A stretch of 64,000 bases of DNA, taken from the NCBI GenBank assembly GCA_038259445.1, contig JBBSOU010000002.1, forward strand, positions 561 through 64,560, read 5' to 3'. Source of the stretch: Lysobacterales bacterium (GTDB lineage Bacteria; Pseudomonadota; Gammaproteobacteria; Xanthomonadales; Rhodanobacteraceae). Each line of letters begins with the position of its first letter. The first letter of the stretch is position 1. Below, one piece after another: positions 1-10,709 of this stretch. The position numbers were made by a program, and so were the translations under genes. The notes under the pieces were generated by a model, which was given only the letters and a program-made list of their open reading frames with translations, was not told the DNA's origin and did not search any database.

Positions 1-80
1 GCGAATAGTGGGTGTGCCGGATCATGCTTCCTGGGCAATGATTGCGGACGCCTCACATTTTCTTCCCCGCGTCGCTGACT

Positions 81-560
81 TCAATTCCCACAAGACATAG
101 CCACCCGTCCATTTACTCGGTCGAACGCAGCGCCGTCGACTACCCCAAGCGCCCGAGACGCCGATTCAACAGAATCTTTCGCAACAAGAATGCCGTTATA
201 GCTACTTTGACCTATAAAAACGGCGACCAATGTTCTCTCTTTCGAATAGAGCAGTCTGACTTCATTGTCAGGCATCCTGCCGCCAAGTATTGCTATGGGA
301 AACTCGATTGCCAACTTATTCATCGGGGCCGCAAACGAGCCTGGTCCTGCAAGCCGCCCAGCTACAAGCTCAGACTCGTCAAAGACTCTGGAAAATATAC
401 TTTCGTCGGCCCACTCGGCCAAGCCTTTACTTAAAGTACTTGACGCGAGGATCGGCGTAAACTGAACTTCGCAGACAGAGCTTCGGCATCCACACAGAAA
501 AGCAACGGAAAGAAAGAACGTAGCGTGAGAAATCCATCTGCGTACAGCGCACCTATTCAC
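81..560 (-). CDS. Putative small lipoprotein (hypothetical)
   Basis: Part of minus ORF 81..692. An in-frame GTG at 560 gives N-terminus MNRCAVRRWISHATFFLSVAFLCGC (basic n-region, hydrophobic core, LCGC lipobox-like). Codon third positions are markedly AT-richer than the rest of the window. Start and reality uncertain. Confidence 0.35.
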   Translation of the reverse strand: MNRCAVRRWISHATFFLSVAFLCGCRSSVCEVQFTPILASSTLSKGLAEWADESIFSRVFDESELVAGRLAGPGSFAAPMNKLAIEFPIAILGGRMPDNEVRLLYSKERTLVAVFIGQSSYNGILVAKDSVESASRALGVVDGAAFDRVNGRVAMSCGN

Positions 561-767
561 CCCCCGAACTCCATGATTCGTATCCGTATGTCGCGAACCG
601 GGCTGCTTGAAGGCGCTGATTTCCGAACAGGAGCCTTGGGTGCGAAACCGAGGGTCGACCATGCGTTCTTGGCCGAGCACCGCGCATCTCATCGGATTGG
701 TCGTTCGTGGAGGCGGAGCTCAACGCCGACGTCGTGCGCGCGGGGCTTGTCGAATCACGCGATGGCG

Positions 768-793
768 CTGGGTACCGGCAAGCCGGAACCCAG
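768..793 (-). terminator. Imperfect 12-bp hairpin 10 nt after pufC stop (possible 3' end or stabiliser of puf mRNA)
   Basis: CTGGGTACCGGC-AA-GCCGGAACCCAG, one central mismatch. No U-tract follows on the minus strand. Confidence 0.3.
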
Positions 794-802
794 CGATGCG
801 CT

Positions 803-1915
803 TTACTGCGAGCTTGCCGATACCGCCGGCTCGGCCGGTTGGGGTTCGGGCAATTCCTCGGGTGCGGCTTCAACCGGCATTGCTGCCGGCGGAGCCACCA
901 CGGGTGGTGCCGCGAAGGCTGTGTAGTCGGCGAGCATCGGCGCACCATAGAGCGGTTTGGCGGCGCCCTGATGACACGTTGCGCAACCGACCTTCGGGCC
1001 GTCTCCGGCGACTCCCAGTCGCTTGGGTGGCAGCAATGACGCGAGCGGATTCAGGTAGGCGACGTTGAGGTCGCGAACGAGACGGATGCCATACCAGGCG
1101 GTGACGCGAACCGGATTGCTCTGGTTCCAGTCGATGAACGAGCGACTGTTGTGGCAGTGCGTGCAGTTGACTCCGAGCGACTGCGACATGTGCATCATGA
1201 GGCCGTAGGTCCATTCGGTCTGCTTGATCGAGGTCGGGTCATTGGTCGCCAGTGCGGTCCTCGAGACGACACGTATCTCGGTTGCGTCCTGCAGGAATGT
1301 CGTGAACGGGTCGAACGGCAGCGAGGTCATGCCGACTTCGGCAGTGGCGATGTTCTGCCCTGCCCGATTGCCGGCAAACTTCGACTTGACGCCGTCGTTC
1401 TCGAGATGCGCGAACCAGATGCCCTGGGGTACCGGATTGCCTCGATGGCACGTGTAGCACGTGACACCGGTCTCGGCGACATGCGGCTTCCATGACGAAT
1501 TGATGTGCTGGGTCATTTCGATCATGCGCCGCGACACGACCTTCGTATACTTCTCTTCTGACGCGAGATTGGCCGGATTGTGACAGTACGCACAGCCCTC
1601 TTCCGGCGAAACCCAGGCAGTCATGGCGTTCATGAGGCGCGTGAATTCGGCCAGGTCGAGATGCCCGAGCGCCGGAACGTTCTGATAGATCGACGAGGCA
1701 AGCACGCCGCTGGCAGCAGATGCCGGCAACGCTTCGGGCATTGCGTTGGCGGCCCGCTTGTCGGCGAGCAGACGCGGGTTCTGCACATCGACCATCGCGG
1801 TGCCGCGATAGCCTTCCTGCGTCGAGACCGGAATCGGACGTTCGCAACCGGCCAGCAGCAGCAGTGCGCCGGCGAGGACGGTGGCCCGGCCGAGAACCGA
1901 GTTCAGTGCGTTCAT
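803..1915 (-). CDS. pufC: Photosynthetic reaction centre tetraheme cytochrome c subunit
   Basis: Four CxxCH motifs (CAYCH, CYTCH, CTHCH, CATCH). N-terminal signal with LLAGC lipobox. ATGA overlap with pufM stop. Position after pufM. Confidence 0.95.
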   Translation of the reverse strand: MNALNSVLGRATVLAGALLLLAGCERPIPVSTQEGYRGTAMVDVQNPRLLADKRAANAMPEALPASAASGVLASSIYQNVPALGHLDLAEFTRLMNAMTAWVSPEEGCAYCHNPANLASEEKYTKVVSRRMIEMTQHINSSWKPHVAETGVTCYTCHRGNPVPQGIWFAHLENDGVKSKFAGNRAGQNIATAEVGMTSLPFDPFTTFLQDATEIRVVSRTALATNDPTSIKQTEWTYGLMMHMSQSLGVNCTHCHNSRSFIDWNQSNPVRVTAWYGIRLVRDLNVAYLNPLASLLPPKRLGVAGDGPKVGCATCHQGAAKPLYGAPMLADYTAFAAPPVVAPPAAMPVEAAPEELPEPQPAEPAVSASSQ

Positions 1916-2895
1916 TGGCCTGCTCCCGGCGCGAGTGCGGGATCAACAACCGGCGGGAACACGTTTGGATAGGTCGCCACGAGGCCATGCTCGATGCCCC
2001 ACAGGTACCAGTTGTCGACTACCGTACCGGTGAGAAGGATACCGATGCCGCCAGTGAGCGGGGTGAGAACCGCGAACCACCATGCCCAGCGATGGATGGA
2101 TTCCATCGTCGCGTTGAAGCCCATCGTCCAGCGCCAGAACAGGGCGGCGCGTTCCGACGCGGTACCGCGGTCGGCAATCTGCTCGAGCTCGCGCTCGCCG
2201 CCGTAGCGGCTCACGGCGAGGATCGTCGCACCGTGCATTGCGAACAACAGGGTCGATCCGTACAGGAACGCGATCGAGAGCATGTGGAACGGGTTGTAGA
2301 ACAGGTTGCCGTAGCGGATCGAGAACGCGGCAGTCCAGTCCAGGTGCGGGAAGATGCCGAACGGCACCGCTTCACCCCAGCTGCCCATCATGACCGGGCG
2401 CAGGAAGCCGAGCACGACCATCAGCCAGATCGCCGAAGCGAAGGCCCAGGCCACATGCGTGCCCATGCCATGTGCCTTGGCGCGCTTGTACATGCGCACG
2501 CACCAGAGGACCACCGATATGGTCATGAAGAAACCGGCGAGAATCCACCAGCCACCCTGGTTCAGCGGTGGAATCCTCAGACCATTCGCAGGTGCCGGCG
2601 GCTCGAGTGCGAGCCATGGCAGTTGTCGAATGAACTGGATCGGATCCCAGTTGACCGAGGCGAGCATGTTGAGTCCGACGATCTCGAAGGCGAGAAAGCC
2701 GAACAGCAGCGAGGTCACTCCGGTCCAGCCAAGATACACGGGCCCGATCTGCGCATCGCCGAACTTGCCGAGCAAGTACGAGAAGAACGGTTTGATCTCG
2801 CGTCCGCCGCCGCCCGTTGCCGGGTCCAGTGGCACGCCCGGGTAAGCCGGTGCAGTGACCTGCAGTCGCGTGAAGATATTCTGATACTCAGCCAT
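1912..2895 (-). CDS. pufM: Reaction centre M subunit
   Basis: Starts [13 protein letters not shown] (internal Met of ORF 1912..2949). ATGA overlap with pufL stop at 2895. Typical RC-M helices. Confidence 0.95.
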   Translation of the reverse strand: MAEYQNIFTRLQVTAPAYPGVPLDPATGGGGREIKPFFSYLLGKFGDAQIGPVYLGWTGVTSLLFGFLAFEIVGLNMLASVNWDPIQFIRQLPWLALEPPAPANGLRIPPLNQGGWWILAGFFMTISVVLWCVRMYKRAKAHGMGTHVAWAFASAIWLMVVLGFLRPVMMGSWGEAVPFGIFPHLDWTAAFSIRYGNLFYNPFHMLSIAFLYGSTLLFAMHGATILAVSRYGGERELEQIADRGTASERAALFWRWTMGFNATMESIHRWAWWFAVLTPLTGGIGILLTGTVVDNWYLWGIEHGLVATYPNVFPPVVDPALAPGAGQ

Positions 2896-3734
2896 CACAT
2901 GCCCCCCGGCGACTGCCAGATCGGTAGGTTGAGCCACCACGACCACCACTCAGGCCATCCGCGCGTCCAGAACGGACCGCTGATGATGATGCAGATCGCA
3001 CTCCAGAAGCCGGCGCTCAGGGCCAGGAACAGGCCGAGACGATGGATGCCGAGGGTGCCGATCGAGTAGCCGATCGTGTCGCGGAAAAACGTGTTCTCGT
3101 GCTCGGCGGTCTTCATCACTTCGCCTTTGCGCGGATTGGCCGCGGAAAGGATCAGCGAACCGTGCAGAGACAGCGCAAACACGGTGGCGAAGAAGAAACT
3201 CACCGCGAGCATGTGCGCCGGGTTGTAGTGGAAATGCAGGTACTGGTAACCGGTGTTGGACACCCAGTCGAGATGACTGGTGATGCCGTACGGGAAACCG
3301 TGGCCCCATGCGCCCATCAGCATCGGCCGGATAACGACCAGCGCGATGTAGGCGAAGATCGCGACGCCGAACGCAAACGGGACGTGCAGTCCGATGCCGA
3401 GCTTTCGACAGATCTCGACTTCACGCAGCGCCCAGGAAATGAACGAGCCGATCGCACATATCGTGATGATCTGCCATAAGCCGCCTTCCTTGAGCGGCGC
3501 CAGACCGAGACCATACGACAGGTCCGGTGGCGCGATGTTGATTTGCCAGAGATTCCAGGTCGGCCCCAGTGCCGCACCGTAGACGATCAAGGCCGTCCCC
3601 AGCGTAGCGAAGAAAATGGTGGTCACACCGAAGAACCCGACATAGAACGGGCCAACCCAGAAATCGAACAGGTCGCCGCCGAGCAATGTGCCGCCGCGGA
3701 CCCGGTACTTCCTTTCAAAGCTGAGCATACTCAT
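2895..3734 (-). CDS. pufL: Reaction centre L subunit
   Basis: [36 protein letters not shown] is a classic PufL N-terminus. 279 aa. Confidence 0.97.
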   Translation of the reverse strand: MSMLSFERKYRVRGGTLLGGDLFDFWVGPFYVGFFGVTTIFFATLGTALIVYGAALGPTWNLWQINIAPPDLSYGLGLAPLKEGGLWQIITICAIGSFISWALREVEICRKLGIGLHVPFAFGVAIFAYIALVVIRPMLMGAWGHGFPYGITSHLDWVSNTGYQYLHFHYNPAHMLAVSFFFATVFALSLHGSLILSAANPRKGEVMKTAEHENTFFRDTIGYSIGTLGIHRLGLFLALSAGFWSAICIIISGPFWTRGWPEWWSWWLNLPIWQSPGGM

Positions 3735-3760
3735 ACGCCACTCCCACGCGTTTTACCTGT

Positions 3761-3837
3761 ACTTCCCACGCCGTGGGGAAGTCCGTACTGCTCATTGGGT
3801 CCGCAATTTGGAGGGTCCGAGGTTTCCCGGACCCTCC
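3761..3837 (-). promoter_or_regulatory. Two intercistronic stem-loops between pufA and pufL
   Basis: ACTTCCCAC-GCC-GTGGGGAAGT (3761..3782, one bulge) and perfect GGAGGGTCCG-aggtttcc-CGGACCCTCC (3810..3837). Confidence 0.5.
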
Positions 3838-3871
3838 CGCTTACGCCAACCAACTTTCTTCGGAAAATCGC

Positions 3872-4072
3872 CTAGCCGACCGGCCGTGGCGAATTGTCCG
3901 AAACTGCCGCTGGCGTCCTGCCGTTTGCACCTTCGAGCCAGTTGAACCGATCCGTGCTGAGCAGGATGAAATGAATCAGCAGGGCCAGTACGAACAGGAA
4001 CGTGAACAGTGCAACGAGGGACTTCCGTGGATCGAACAACAACCATACTCTCCACATGTTCTTTGCCTCCAA
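3872..4072 (-). CDS. pufA: Light-harvesting 1 alpha polypeptide
   Basis: [44 protein letters not shown] matches the LH1-alpha pattern (IHxxLLST, NW). Start is either 4072 or the Met at 4057. Confidence 0.9.
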   Translation of the reverse strand: MEAKNMWRVWLLFDPRKSLVALFTFLFVLALLIHFILLSTDRFNWLEGANGRTPAAVSDNSPRPVG

Positions 4073-4129
4073 AATGTTACGAATTCAACAGTGACATGGT
4101 GCGCGATCACAGTGCAGGACATGCGTCCA

Positions 4130-4279
4130 TTACTGCAGCCACGGCCTCCACTGCCACACCAGGAAATGCGCAACGATGGCGATGGCGGTGAAGATGATGA
4201 AGCTGGTGATGAAGATCTTGTGGAACTCCTTCGCCTCCTGCTCCGTCAAACCCGTCAGCGACCGTCTTTCGTCAATCAT
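4130..4279 (-). CDS. pufB: Light-harvesting 1 beta polypeptide (49 aa, below the ORF-track cutoff)
   Basis: My translation: [49 protein letters not shown]. Has the LH-beta hallmarks (EAxEFH, AHxLxW..RPW). GGAG lies 6 nt upstream of the ATG. Confidence 0.9.
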   Translation of the reverse strand: MIDERRSLTGLTEQEAKEFHKIFITSFIIFTAIAIVAHFLVWQWRPWLQ

Positions 4280-4408
4280 GGTCTACTCCATTGGCCTCTC
4301 GGCCGGCACCACGCAACCCCGCGTAGCCGGGAACGCTTCGGCGATGGACCGACGAAGCAGATTCGGGACCCGCGTGTCGCCGGGCAATGACTGAAGCGAA
4401 ACAGGAAA

Positions 4409-5860
4409 TCATGCGGGCTCTCCGTCGGTGAGCGCGCTGCGTGAACGGGTCACGCGCGCGACTGTCACTTCGACTTCGCCAGCCTTGCGTGCCTCGCGCT
4501 CGGCGCGATCGCGCAGACGCTTGGCGGCGGAAATGCGGATCAGCACGGGCTGCTGCTCGAGCAACTCGTCGAGCAACGCCTTGGCATCGTCGAGCCACGG
4601 GATCTGCGTGCTGAGTTTGGTCGGAGTCGGATCGACCTTGTCGAGGTCGCTGCCGAGCGGAAGAATGTGGAACAAGGCGTCGAACAACGCGTTGCAGAAC
4701 TCCTGCACGATGTAGGTGGCGCCGGAGTAGCCCATGAACGGCGTGCCGATGTGGCGCCGGATGATCGCGCCAGGGAACGAGGAAGGCACGAAGCTCGCGC
4801 GGCTGCCGATCTCGGCCAGGTACATGCGCTCGTTGTAGCTGCCGAACATGACCAGCGGCGGCTTCTCGTGTACGAGCTTGCGTACCGCGGCGTTGTCGGT
4901 CTTCTCGCCGGGCAGTCGCGAGATCGCGAAGTTGCACGGCATGCCCATTTCCACTTCGAGAAAATTGCGCACGCCGCGCGCGTAGGTGTCATTGGCGACG
5001 ATCGCGAAGCTCGCGGTAGCGAAGAAATCCTGCGTGACCGAACGCCACAGATCCCAGATCGGCTTGATCGTGGTGTGCTTCTCGCGCTCGATGAACGGCT
5101 CCGGATCGAGGTCGAGCAGTTCGCCGAGCGTGCGCAGGAACTTGGTCGTGCTGTGCAGGCCGATCGGCGCCTGAAGGTACGGGCGATCGAGCGATTCGCA
5201 GAGCAGGCGCCCGAACTCGCGGTACATGCAGATGTTGACATCGGCATCAATCAGCTTCGGCACATCGGCAAGATGGCTGCCGAGCGGGAACACGAGATTG
5301 ATGTCTGCACCGATGCCTTCGATCAGGCGGCGCATCTCGGCGAGATCGCTCGGCGTGTTGAACGTGCCGTAGCACGGTCCGATGATGTTGACGCGTGGCT
5401 TCTTGTCGGGCGTGCGCGGCTTGCGCGCGGGCACCTTCTTGATGCCGTACTGGGTCCACAACCAGTTCATCGCGCGGTTCGCGCATTGCCACTGGTCTTC
5501 GTCGATCGTGCGCGGCAGGAAGCGCATGAGGTTGGTGCCTTCCGGCGTCACGCCGCCACCGATCATCTCGGCAATCGAACCGGTGACCACAACGGCGGGC
5601 TGGTCCGGATCGAGCACCGCGTGCGCGCGTTTCATTGCGCCTTCGGTGCCTTCGCGGCCGAGCTGTTCTTCGGCGAGACCGGTGACCACAATCGGCAATT
5701 CGTGCGGCGGCAGGGCGTCGGTGTAATGCAGCACCGACGTGACCGGAAGATTCTCGCAGCCGACCGGCCCGTCGATCACGACCTGCAGACCCTTGATCGC
5801 GGTGAAGACGTAGACGGCGCCCCAATAGCCACCGGCACGGTCGTGATCGAGAACCAGCAT
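4409..5860 (-). CDS. bchZ: Chlorophyllide a reductase subunit Z
   Basis: Internal Met of ORF 4409..6295: [44 protein letters not shown] overlap with bchY stop at 5860. Confidence 0.94.
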   Translation of the reverse strand: MLVLDHDRAGGYWGAVYVFTAIKGLQVVIDGPVGCENLPVTSVLHYTDALPPHELPIVVTGLAEEQLGREGTEGAMKRAHAVLDPDQPAVVVTGSIAEMIGGGVTPEGTNLMRFLPRTIDEDQWQCANRAMNWLWTQYGIKKVPARKPRTPDKKPRVNIIGPCYGTFNTPSDLAEMRRLIEGIGADINLVFPLGSHLADVPKLIDADVNICMYREFGRLLCESLDRPYLQAPIGLHSTTKFLRTLGELLDLDPEPFIEREKHTTIKPIWDLWRSVTQDFFATASFAIVANDTYARGVRNFLEVEMGMPCNFAISRLPGEKTDNAAVRKLVHEKPPLVMFGSYNERMYLAEIGSRASFVPSSFPGAIIRRHIGTPFMGYSGATYIVQEFCNALFDALFHILPLGSDLDKVDPTPTKLSTQIPWLDDAKALLDELLEQQPVLIRISAAKRLRDRAEREARKAGEVEVTVARVTRSRSALTDGEPA

Positions 5861-7386
5861 CAGATCGGCTCCTCGACAGTCGAGGCCTTGGCCGCTTTGG
5901 CGACCTTCTTCCTGTACTGCTCGCGATACTCGGGACGATCCTTCGGCACGCCTTCCCAGACACCGGCGTTGTGGCCTTCGCCGACGCCGGAGAAAAAAGA
6001 CTCCATCGTGTCGAAGCGTTCCTTGTTGGCAATCGCCGCATTGACCACGGTCGCCAGCGAACCGGCGCCGGAGGGGCCCATCAGCGGACGTGCGGAAATG
6101 AGGTTGGTGAAATACAGCGACGGCGTACGCGCGGTCTTGGCCGCCTGCACGACCGGCGTGGTGCCGATCGCGAGGTCCGGCTCGAACTCGCGGAATGCGG
6201 CAAGATCCTGCTCGAGCGATGCGCGGTACTGCACGTGAACTCCGTGCGACTGCAGCCAATCGAGATCGGCACTGCTCCATTCGGTTTTCGGACACGCGGT
6301 GCCGACGTAACGTACATCCGCTCCGCTCTCGACGAGCAGGCGCGCGACCAGCAATTCCGATCCTTCATAGCCGCTGACTGTGATGCGACCCTTGATCGGC
6401 ATCTTCGCGAGCGCCGCCTTGATCATCGGCAGAAAGCGGTTCTTGGCTGCATCGATCTTCGCCTGCTCGACATTCGCGGCCTGTCCGATAGCCTGCAGCC
6501 AGGCTTCGGTACCGTCATGGCCGACGGGCGCCGAACCGACAATCGGTCGACCGGCAGCGACGAACTCGCGCACGCTGGCGGTATAGAACGGATGCAGGGC
6601 GGCGACCACGGAACCGTCGAGCGCGGCATAGAGATCTCGCCACTCGCGGGTCGGCACGACCGGACCGGCGGCCAGACCCATCGGTTCGAGCATCATGCCG
6701 ATGCCGACCGGATCAACCGGGAACACTTCACCCAGCAGGGTTACCGCGGGCTTCTCGCTGCGGCCGCCGCGCGGCGCCTGCACCGGCCCCGCTTCGATCT
6801 CGTTGCGCGCGTAGCGCAGCATCGCGCCGGCCAGCACGTCTTTCGCTTCGGCGTGTGTCGGCACGCCAAAACCCGGCACGTCGATTCCGATGATGCGCAC
6901 GCCGTTGATTTCCTTCGGCAGCAGTTGCAGCGGTACACCGCTCGCCGTCGGCACGCACAGGTTGATGATGACGATCGCGTCGTAGAGCAGCGGATCGGCC
7001 AGCGCGTGTACGGAATCGCGGATGTCCTCGAACAGCTTGCCGGTGACCAGGCTCTCGGAATTGAAGGGCACATAGCCCACCGTTCGCCGCGCACCATAGA
7101 AGTGCGAGGTGAACGTCAGCCCGTAGACGCAACAGGCCGATCCGCTCAGGACGGTCGCGGTGCGACGCATGCGCAAGCCGACGCGCAGCGATCCGAATGC
7201 GGGGCACATCGATTGCGGCTGGTCGTGCGGTCCTTTCGGATAGTCCGTCGCGTAACGCTCGAGCGTTTCGCTCTTGCCGGCGGCCCTGGCCGCTTCGAGC
7301 ATCGCATCCTTTCCCGAGTGACAGCCCAACCCGTCGAGCTTGGTCGCTTCCGGGTTGGCCAGGGGCTGGGCTTTTATGACGGACAT
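5860..7386 (-). CDS. bchY: Chlorophyllide a reductase subunit Y
   Basis: Nitrogenase-like fold. Lies between bchX and bchZ. Start taken at MSVIKAQPL (7386); the upstream 23 codons are Arg-rich and overlap bchX. Confidence 0.9.
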   Translation of the reverse strand: MSVIKAQPLANPEATKLDGLGCHSGKDAMLEAARAAGKSETLERYATDYPKGPHDQPQSMCPAFGSLRVGLRMRRTATVLSGSACCVYGLTFTSHFYGARRTVGYVPFNSESLVTGKLFEDIRDSVHALADPLLYDAIVIINLCVPTASGVPLQLLPKEINGVRIIGIDVPGFGVPTHAEAKDVLAGAMLRYARNEIEAGPVQAPRGGRSEKPAVTLLGEVFPVDPVGIGMMLEPMGLAAGPVVPTREWRDLYAALDGSVVAALHPFYTASVREFVAAGRPIVGSAPVGHDGTEAWLQAIGQAANVEQAKIDAAKNRFLPMIKAALAKMPIKGRITVSGYEGSELLVARLLVESGADVRYVGTACPKTEWSSADLDWLQSHGVHVQYRASLEQDLAAFREFEPDLAIGTTPVVQAAKTARTPSLYFTNLISARPLMGPSGAGSLATVVNAAIANKERFDTMESFFSGVGEGHNAGVWEGVPKDRPEYREQYRKKVAKAAKASTVEEPI

Positions 7387-7397
7387 GAATAGGCGAC

Positions 7398-8411
7398 TCA
7401 GACGGTTTCGTAGACGACTTCGAGTGACGGCTTGTGGATCTCGGTCTTGCCGCACATGTCGAACTCGGTTGCCGGTTGCAGCACCACGTTGCGACCCACC
7501 ACATCACTGGAGAACAAGCCGAGCAGCTCGTCCTGCGACAGCGGGTTAGGCCGTACCGGCGGTGCTTCACCGACATTCGTGGCCAGCGTCTCGAACAGCG
7601 AGGCCCACTGGGTGCCGGGGCGGCCGATGATTTCGTAGCTGGCGCTCTTGCGCCGGATGTCGTCGTCGGCAGGAATCGCGGCGAGGATCGGAATGCCGAC
7701 CCGCTCGGCGAAGGCCGCGGCCTCGCCGGTGCCATCGTCCTTGTTGATCACCACCCCGGCGACGCCGACATTGCCGCCGAGCTTGCGGAAGTACTCCACC
7801 GCCGAGCAGACGTTGTTGGCGACGTACAGCGACTGCAGGTCGTTGCTGGCGACCACGATCACCTTCTGGCACATGTCGCGCGCGATCGGCAGACCGAATC
7901 CGCCGCAGACGACGTCACCGAGGAAATCGAGAAGAACATAATCGAAGCCCCACTCGTGGAAACCAAGCTTCTCGAGCGTTTCGAAACCGTGGATGATGCC
8001 GCGTCCACCGCAACCGCGGCCGACTTCGGGACCGCCGAGTTCCATCGCGAAGACGCCATCGCGGATGAAGCAGACGTCGCCGATCTTGACCTGCTCGCCG
8101 GCCAGCTTCTTCTTTGAAGACGTTTCGATGATGGTCGGACAGGCGCGACCGCCGAACAGCAGCGAGGTGGTGTCGCTTTTCGGATCACATCCGATCAGCA
8201 GCACCTTCTTGCCTTGCTGCGCCATCATGTAGCTGAGATTGGCCAGCGTGAAGCTCTTGCCGATGCCGCCCTTGCCGTAGATCGCGATGATCTGTGTTTC
8301 CTTGGTCACCGGACCGGTGGCTACCGGATCAGGACCGATGGCGGCCTCGGCACGCAACGCATCATCGATGACGCGCAGCGGGATGGTTGCGCCTTCGCCC
8401 AGTGAACTCAT
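7398..8411 (-). CDS. bchX: Chlorophyllide a reductase iron protein subunit X
   Basis: NifH-like, with [14 protein letters not shown]-loop and CGGF cluster motif. Start at MSSLGEG makes an ATGA overlap with the bchC stop. Confidence 0.93.
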   Translation of the reverse strand: MSSLGEGATIPLRVIDDALRAEAAIGPDPVATGPVTKETQIIAIYGKGGIGKSFTLANLSYMMAQQGKKVLLIGCDPKSDTTSLLFGGRACPTIIETSSKKKLAGEQVKIGDVCFIRDGVFAMELGGPEVGRGCGGRGIIHGFETLEKLGFHEWGFDYVLLDFLGDVVCGGFGLPIARDMCQKVIVVASNDLQSLYVANNVCSAVEYFRKLGGNVGVAGVVINKDDGTGEAAAFAERVGIPILAAIPADDDIRRKSASYEIIGRPGTQWASLFETLATNVGEAPPVRPNPLSQDELLGLFSSDVVGRNVVLQPATEFDMCGKTEIHKPSLEVVYETV

Positions 8412-9409
8412 GCGTAGGATCTCCAATCAAGAATCATCTTCAGGCACGCGGGATCGCCGAATGCGGTGCGGTAGGCGGCGTCGGCTTCCGACGCATCCCT
8501 GCGGTGCGTGATGAGGTCGTCGAGGGACAGCTTTCCGGATTCCGCCAGCGCCTTGACGGCGTGCAGATCCGACTCGACCCATTGCGCGGCGATTCGCAAC
8601 CGCGCCTCACGCATGAACGCGGGCGAGAAAGAAAACGACAACATGTCGCTGTAGAAACCTGCGAGGACGACTTCGCCACCCATGGCGAGTCGCGAGATCA
8701 GCGTGTCGAGCAGTGAGGCGTCGCCACTGACATCACAGATCGAGCGATAGTCGCGGCGCGGATCGGCGGAAGGATCGACAACGGTGTAACCGACCGCGCC
8801 CTCGGCGCGCGCGGGATTGACTTCCCACACCGTCGGCGCAGCGCCGCCGGTGGCCAGCGTGATGCGCGCGAGCAGTCGACCGAGCACACCGTGACCAACG
8901 ATCAGATCGGGATGACGCAAGCCGTCCGGGGCGATCGCGTGATACGCGGTGGCCGCCAGTGCGAGCAACACGGCCTGTTCGCCAAGTCGCTCCGAGACAG
9001 GGATGACACGGGCACCGGGGACAACCAGACACGCCGCAGCGCCACCAAACAGACCGCGTACGGGTCCAAAGCACTTGGCGCCCGGAACGAAAACCGTATC
9101 GCCGACGCTGTTGCCGGAGCGTGAACCTGCTTCGCGGATGCGTCCGACGGATTCATAGCCGGGTACGAGCGGATAGCCCATGCCGGGGAAAGCGGGCATG
9201 CGTCCGGTCCACAGCAGACGCTCGGTACCGGTGCTGATGCCACTCCAGTCGATGTCGACGACAACATCTTCATCGCCCGGAGGCGACAAATCGAGCTGCG
9301 CGAGCCGGAGTTGCTCGGGTTGCTCGAAAACGACAGCTGTCGTGTTGATCACTCTCTCCCGCTTTTGCCTGGGTACGACCGACGATGTCATCGGTGCACC
9401 GGGGTTCAT
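8408..9409 (-). CDS. bchC: Bacteriochlorophyllide a dehydrogenase (2-desacetyl-2-hydroxyethyl)
   Basis: Zn-ADH-like. TTAVVFEQPEQLRLAQLDL..WSGISTGTERLLWTGRMP is typical of BchC. An alternative start is the Met at 9391. Confidence 0.92.
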   Translation of the reverse strand: MNPGAPMTSSVVPRQKRERVINTTAVVFEQPEQLRLAQLDLSPPGDEDVVVDIDWSGISTGTERLLWTGRMPAFPGMGYPLVPGYESVGRIREAGSRSGNSVGDTVFVPGAKCFGPVRGLFGGAAACLVVPGARVIPVSERLGEQAVLLALAATAYHAIAPDGLRHPDLIVGHGVLGRLLARITLATGGAAPTVWEVNPARAEGAVGYTVVDPSADPRRDYRSICDVSGDASLLDTLISRLAMGGEVVLAGFYSDMLSFSFSPAFMREARLRIAAQWVESDLHAVKALAESGKLSLDDLITHRRDASEADAAYRTAFGDPACLKMILDWRSYA

Positions 9410-9416
9410 CTACGAG

Positions 9417-9460
9417 TGTTAGTTTAGAGTGACTATTCGAAGTGTCAAGAAAAACTGACG
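9417..9460 (-). promoter_or_regulatory. bchC promoter region with two PpsR/CrtJ-type palindromes 8 bp apart
   Basis: Plus strand: TGTTAGTTTAGAGTGACT (9417..9434), 8 nt, TGTCAAGAAAAACTGACG (9443..9460). Minus sense contains TTGACA (9448..9443)-N16-TAAACT (9426..9421). All of this sits in the 52-nt crtF-bchC gap. Confidence 0.55.
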
Positions 9461-9461
9461 A

Positions 9462-10592
9462 TTATTTTCTCGCCGCGATCGGCCTTGGCCGGGCGACCAT
9501 CAGCCGGGTCTGGATCGGCAGTGACGTGGCAACCATCCGCCCCTCGTTGAATCCGGACTGGCGCAGCAGCTCGCCCAGAGCGGCCGGGGTGCGCGCACGG
9601 CCACTGCCCATCGCCAGCAGGTAGAACCCGAAATAGGCATCGCCCATCGCCTCCGCGCCGCCCGTTCCGGCCATCGGCTCGGCAATCAGCAGCGTTCCGT
9701 CATCCGGCAAGACGCGCCGGATCGCCGACAGGATGCGCAGCACCGAGGCGTCATCGTGGTCATGCAGGACGCGCACGAGCGAAACGACGTCGGCGCCCTC
9801 GGGCAGTGGGTCGGTCAGGAAACTCCCACCGAAAATGCGCGCACGCCCCGACAGGCCCGCGGCGTCGAATCGCGCCTGCGCGCGCGCGGCGACCGCCGGC
9901 AGGTCGAACAACAACAGTTGCAGGTGCGGCACCTGCGCGCCGACGGCCGCGAGAAACGTTCCATCGCCGCCGCCGACGTCGAGCAGGCAGCGATGTCGGT
10001 CGAGCGCATAGGCATCGAGCACCTGCTCGGCGACCAGCGGCTGGGATGCGCTCATCAGTGTGCTGTAGCGGTCGACGTTCGGCGCGGCAAGGGTCGACGG
10101 ATCGTCGCTGCGCGCATAGGCCCAGTACCGCGCGAGCTCGCCGCCGCCGCGCGCACGCAACATCGCTACCGGATCATCGAGGTCTGCGTAGAGGATCGCG
10201 TGGTGTTCGATCATCGAAAGCACCGCTTCGTTGCCTACCAGCGACGCGCCGAGCGCGCCGAGCGCATAGCGGCCGCGACGCCGCGCCAGCAGCCGTAACG
10301 AAACCGCCGCATCAAGCAGACGAGTGCTGGCATCGATGTCGAGGTCGACGCGTTGTGCGAACTGTTCGGCGGACAACGGCCCTTCGGCGAGGATCTCGAA
10401 CGCGCGCAGGCGCGTGCAGGCGAGCAGTACCTGCGTGTAGACGAAGCCGGCACAGAGATCGAAAAGTTGCCGCGCACGACGGCGCGCGATCGGACGGGTC
10501 ATCGGGAACGCTGCAGCCCATCGCCGGAATCGCGCGTTGCCGATCAGGCGATCGGCAACGGCATGACAGCGGTCGATCCAGCCGGGCATCAC
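9462..10592 (-). CDS. crtF: Hydroxyneurosporene / demethylspheroidene O-methyltransferase
   Basis: Class I SAM methyltransferase motif LLDVGGGDGTF. Plant-type O-MT dimerisation N-domain. Synteny crtE-crtF-bchC. Confidence 0.87.
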   Translation of the reverse strand: MMPGWIDRCHAVADRLIGNARFRRWAAAFPMTRPIARRRARQLFDLCAGFVYTQVLLACTRLRAFEILAEGPLSAEQFAQRVDLDIDASTRLLDAAVSLRLLARRRGRYALGALGASLVGNEAVLSMIEHHAILYADLDDPVAMLRARGGGELARYWAYARSDDPSTLAAPNVDRYSTLMSASQPLVAEQVLDAYALDRHRCLLDVGGGDGTFLAAVGAQVPHLQLLLFDLPAVAARAQARFDAAGLSGRARIFGGSFLTDPLPEGADVVSLVRVLHDHDDASVLRILSAIRRVLPDDGTLLIAEPMAGTGGAEAMGDAYFGFYLLAMGSGRARTPAALGELLRQSGFNEGRMVATSLPIQTRLMVARPRPIAARK

Positions 10593-10709
10593 GTGCGCGG
10601 CCCGCAGCGCGGTTCACGCCCGAGGGCAACCAGCACCGTGAAACGATTGCCGGAATCGGGAATGCTCAAAAGATCGTGGGCGCCGGGATGGCAGACATCG
10701 CGCAGGCGA

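Noticed and set aside
42-434. Plus-strand ORF of 130 aa at the left edge.
   Set aside because: - It overlaps the more plausible minus-strand lipoprotein ORF.
- It has no signal peptide, motif or RBS. Neither ORF is certain.
4280-4408. Possible pufQ between bchZ and pufB.
   Set aside because: - The gap is only 129 nt.
- The only open frame (part of ORF 4272..4937) encodes a non-hydrophobic Arg-rich peptide, unlike the membrane protein PufQ.
5861-6295. N-terminal extensions of track ORFs: bchZ to 6295, bchI to 20920, bchP to 28769, pucC-like to 30310, bchN from 33925, puhA from 43331, crtD from 11195, aerR to 33598.
   Set aside because: - The extensions run through the preceding gene in another frame and are Arg-rich nonsense.
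- The conserved family N-termini begin at internal starts that form ATGA/GTGA overlaps or have a Shine-Dalgarno.
4667-7392. Long plus-strand ORFs 4667..6238 (523 aa) and 5971..7392 (473 aa), antisense to bchZ and bchY.
   Set aside because: - Their products are Arg/Ala/Gly/His-rich low-complexity sequence with no motifs.
- They mirror the high-GC3 frames of clearly identified genes on the other strand, a typical shadow-ORF artefact in high-GC DNA.
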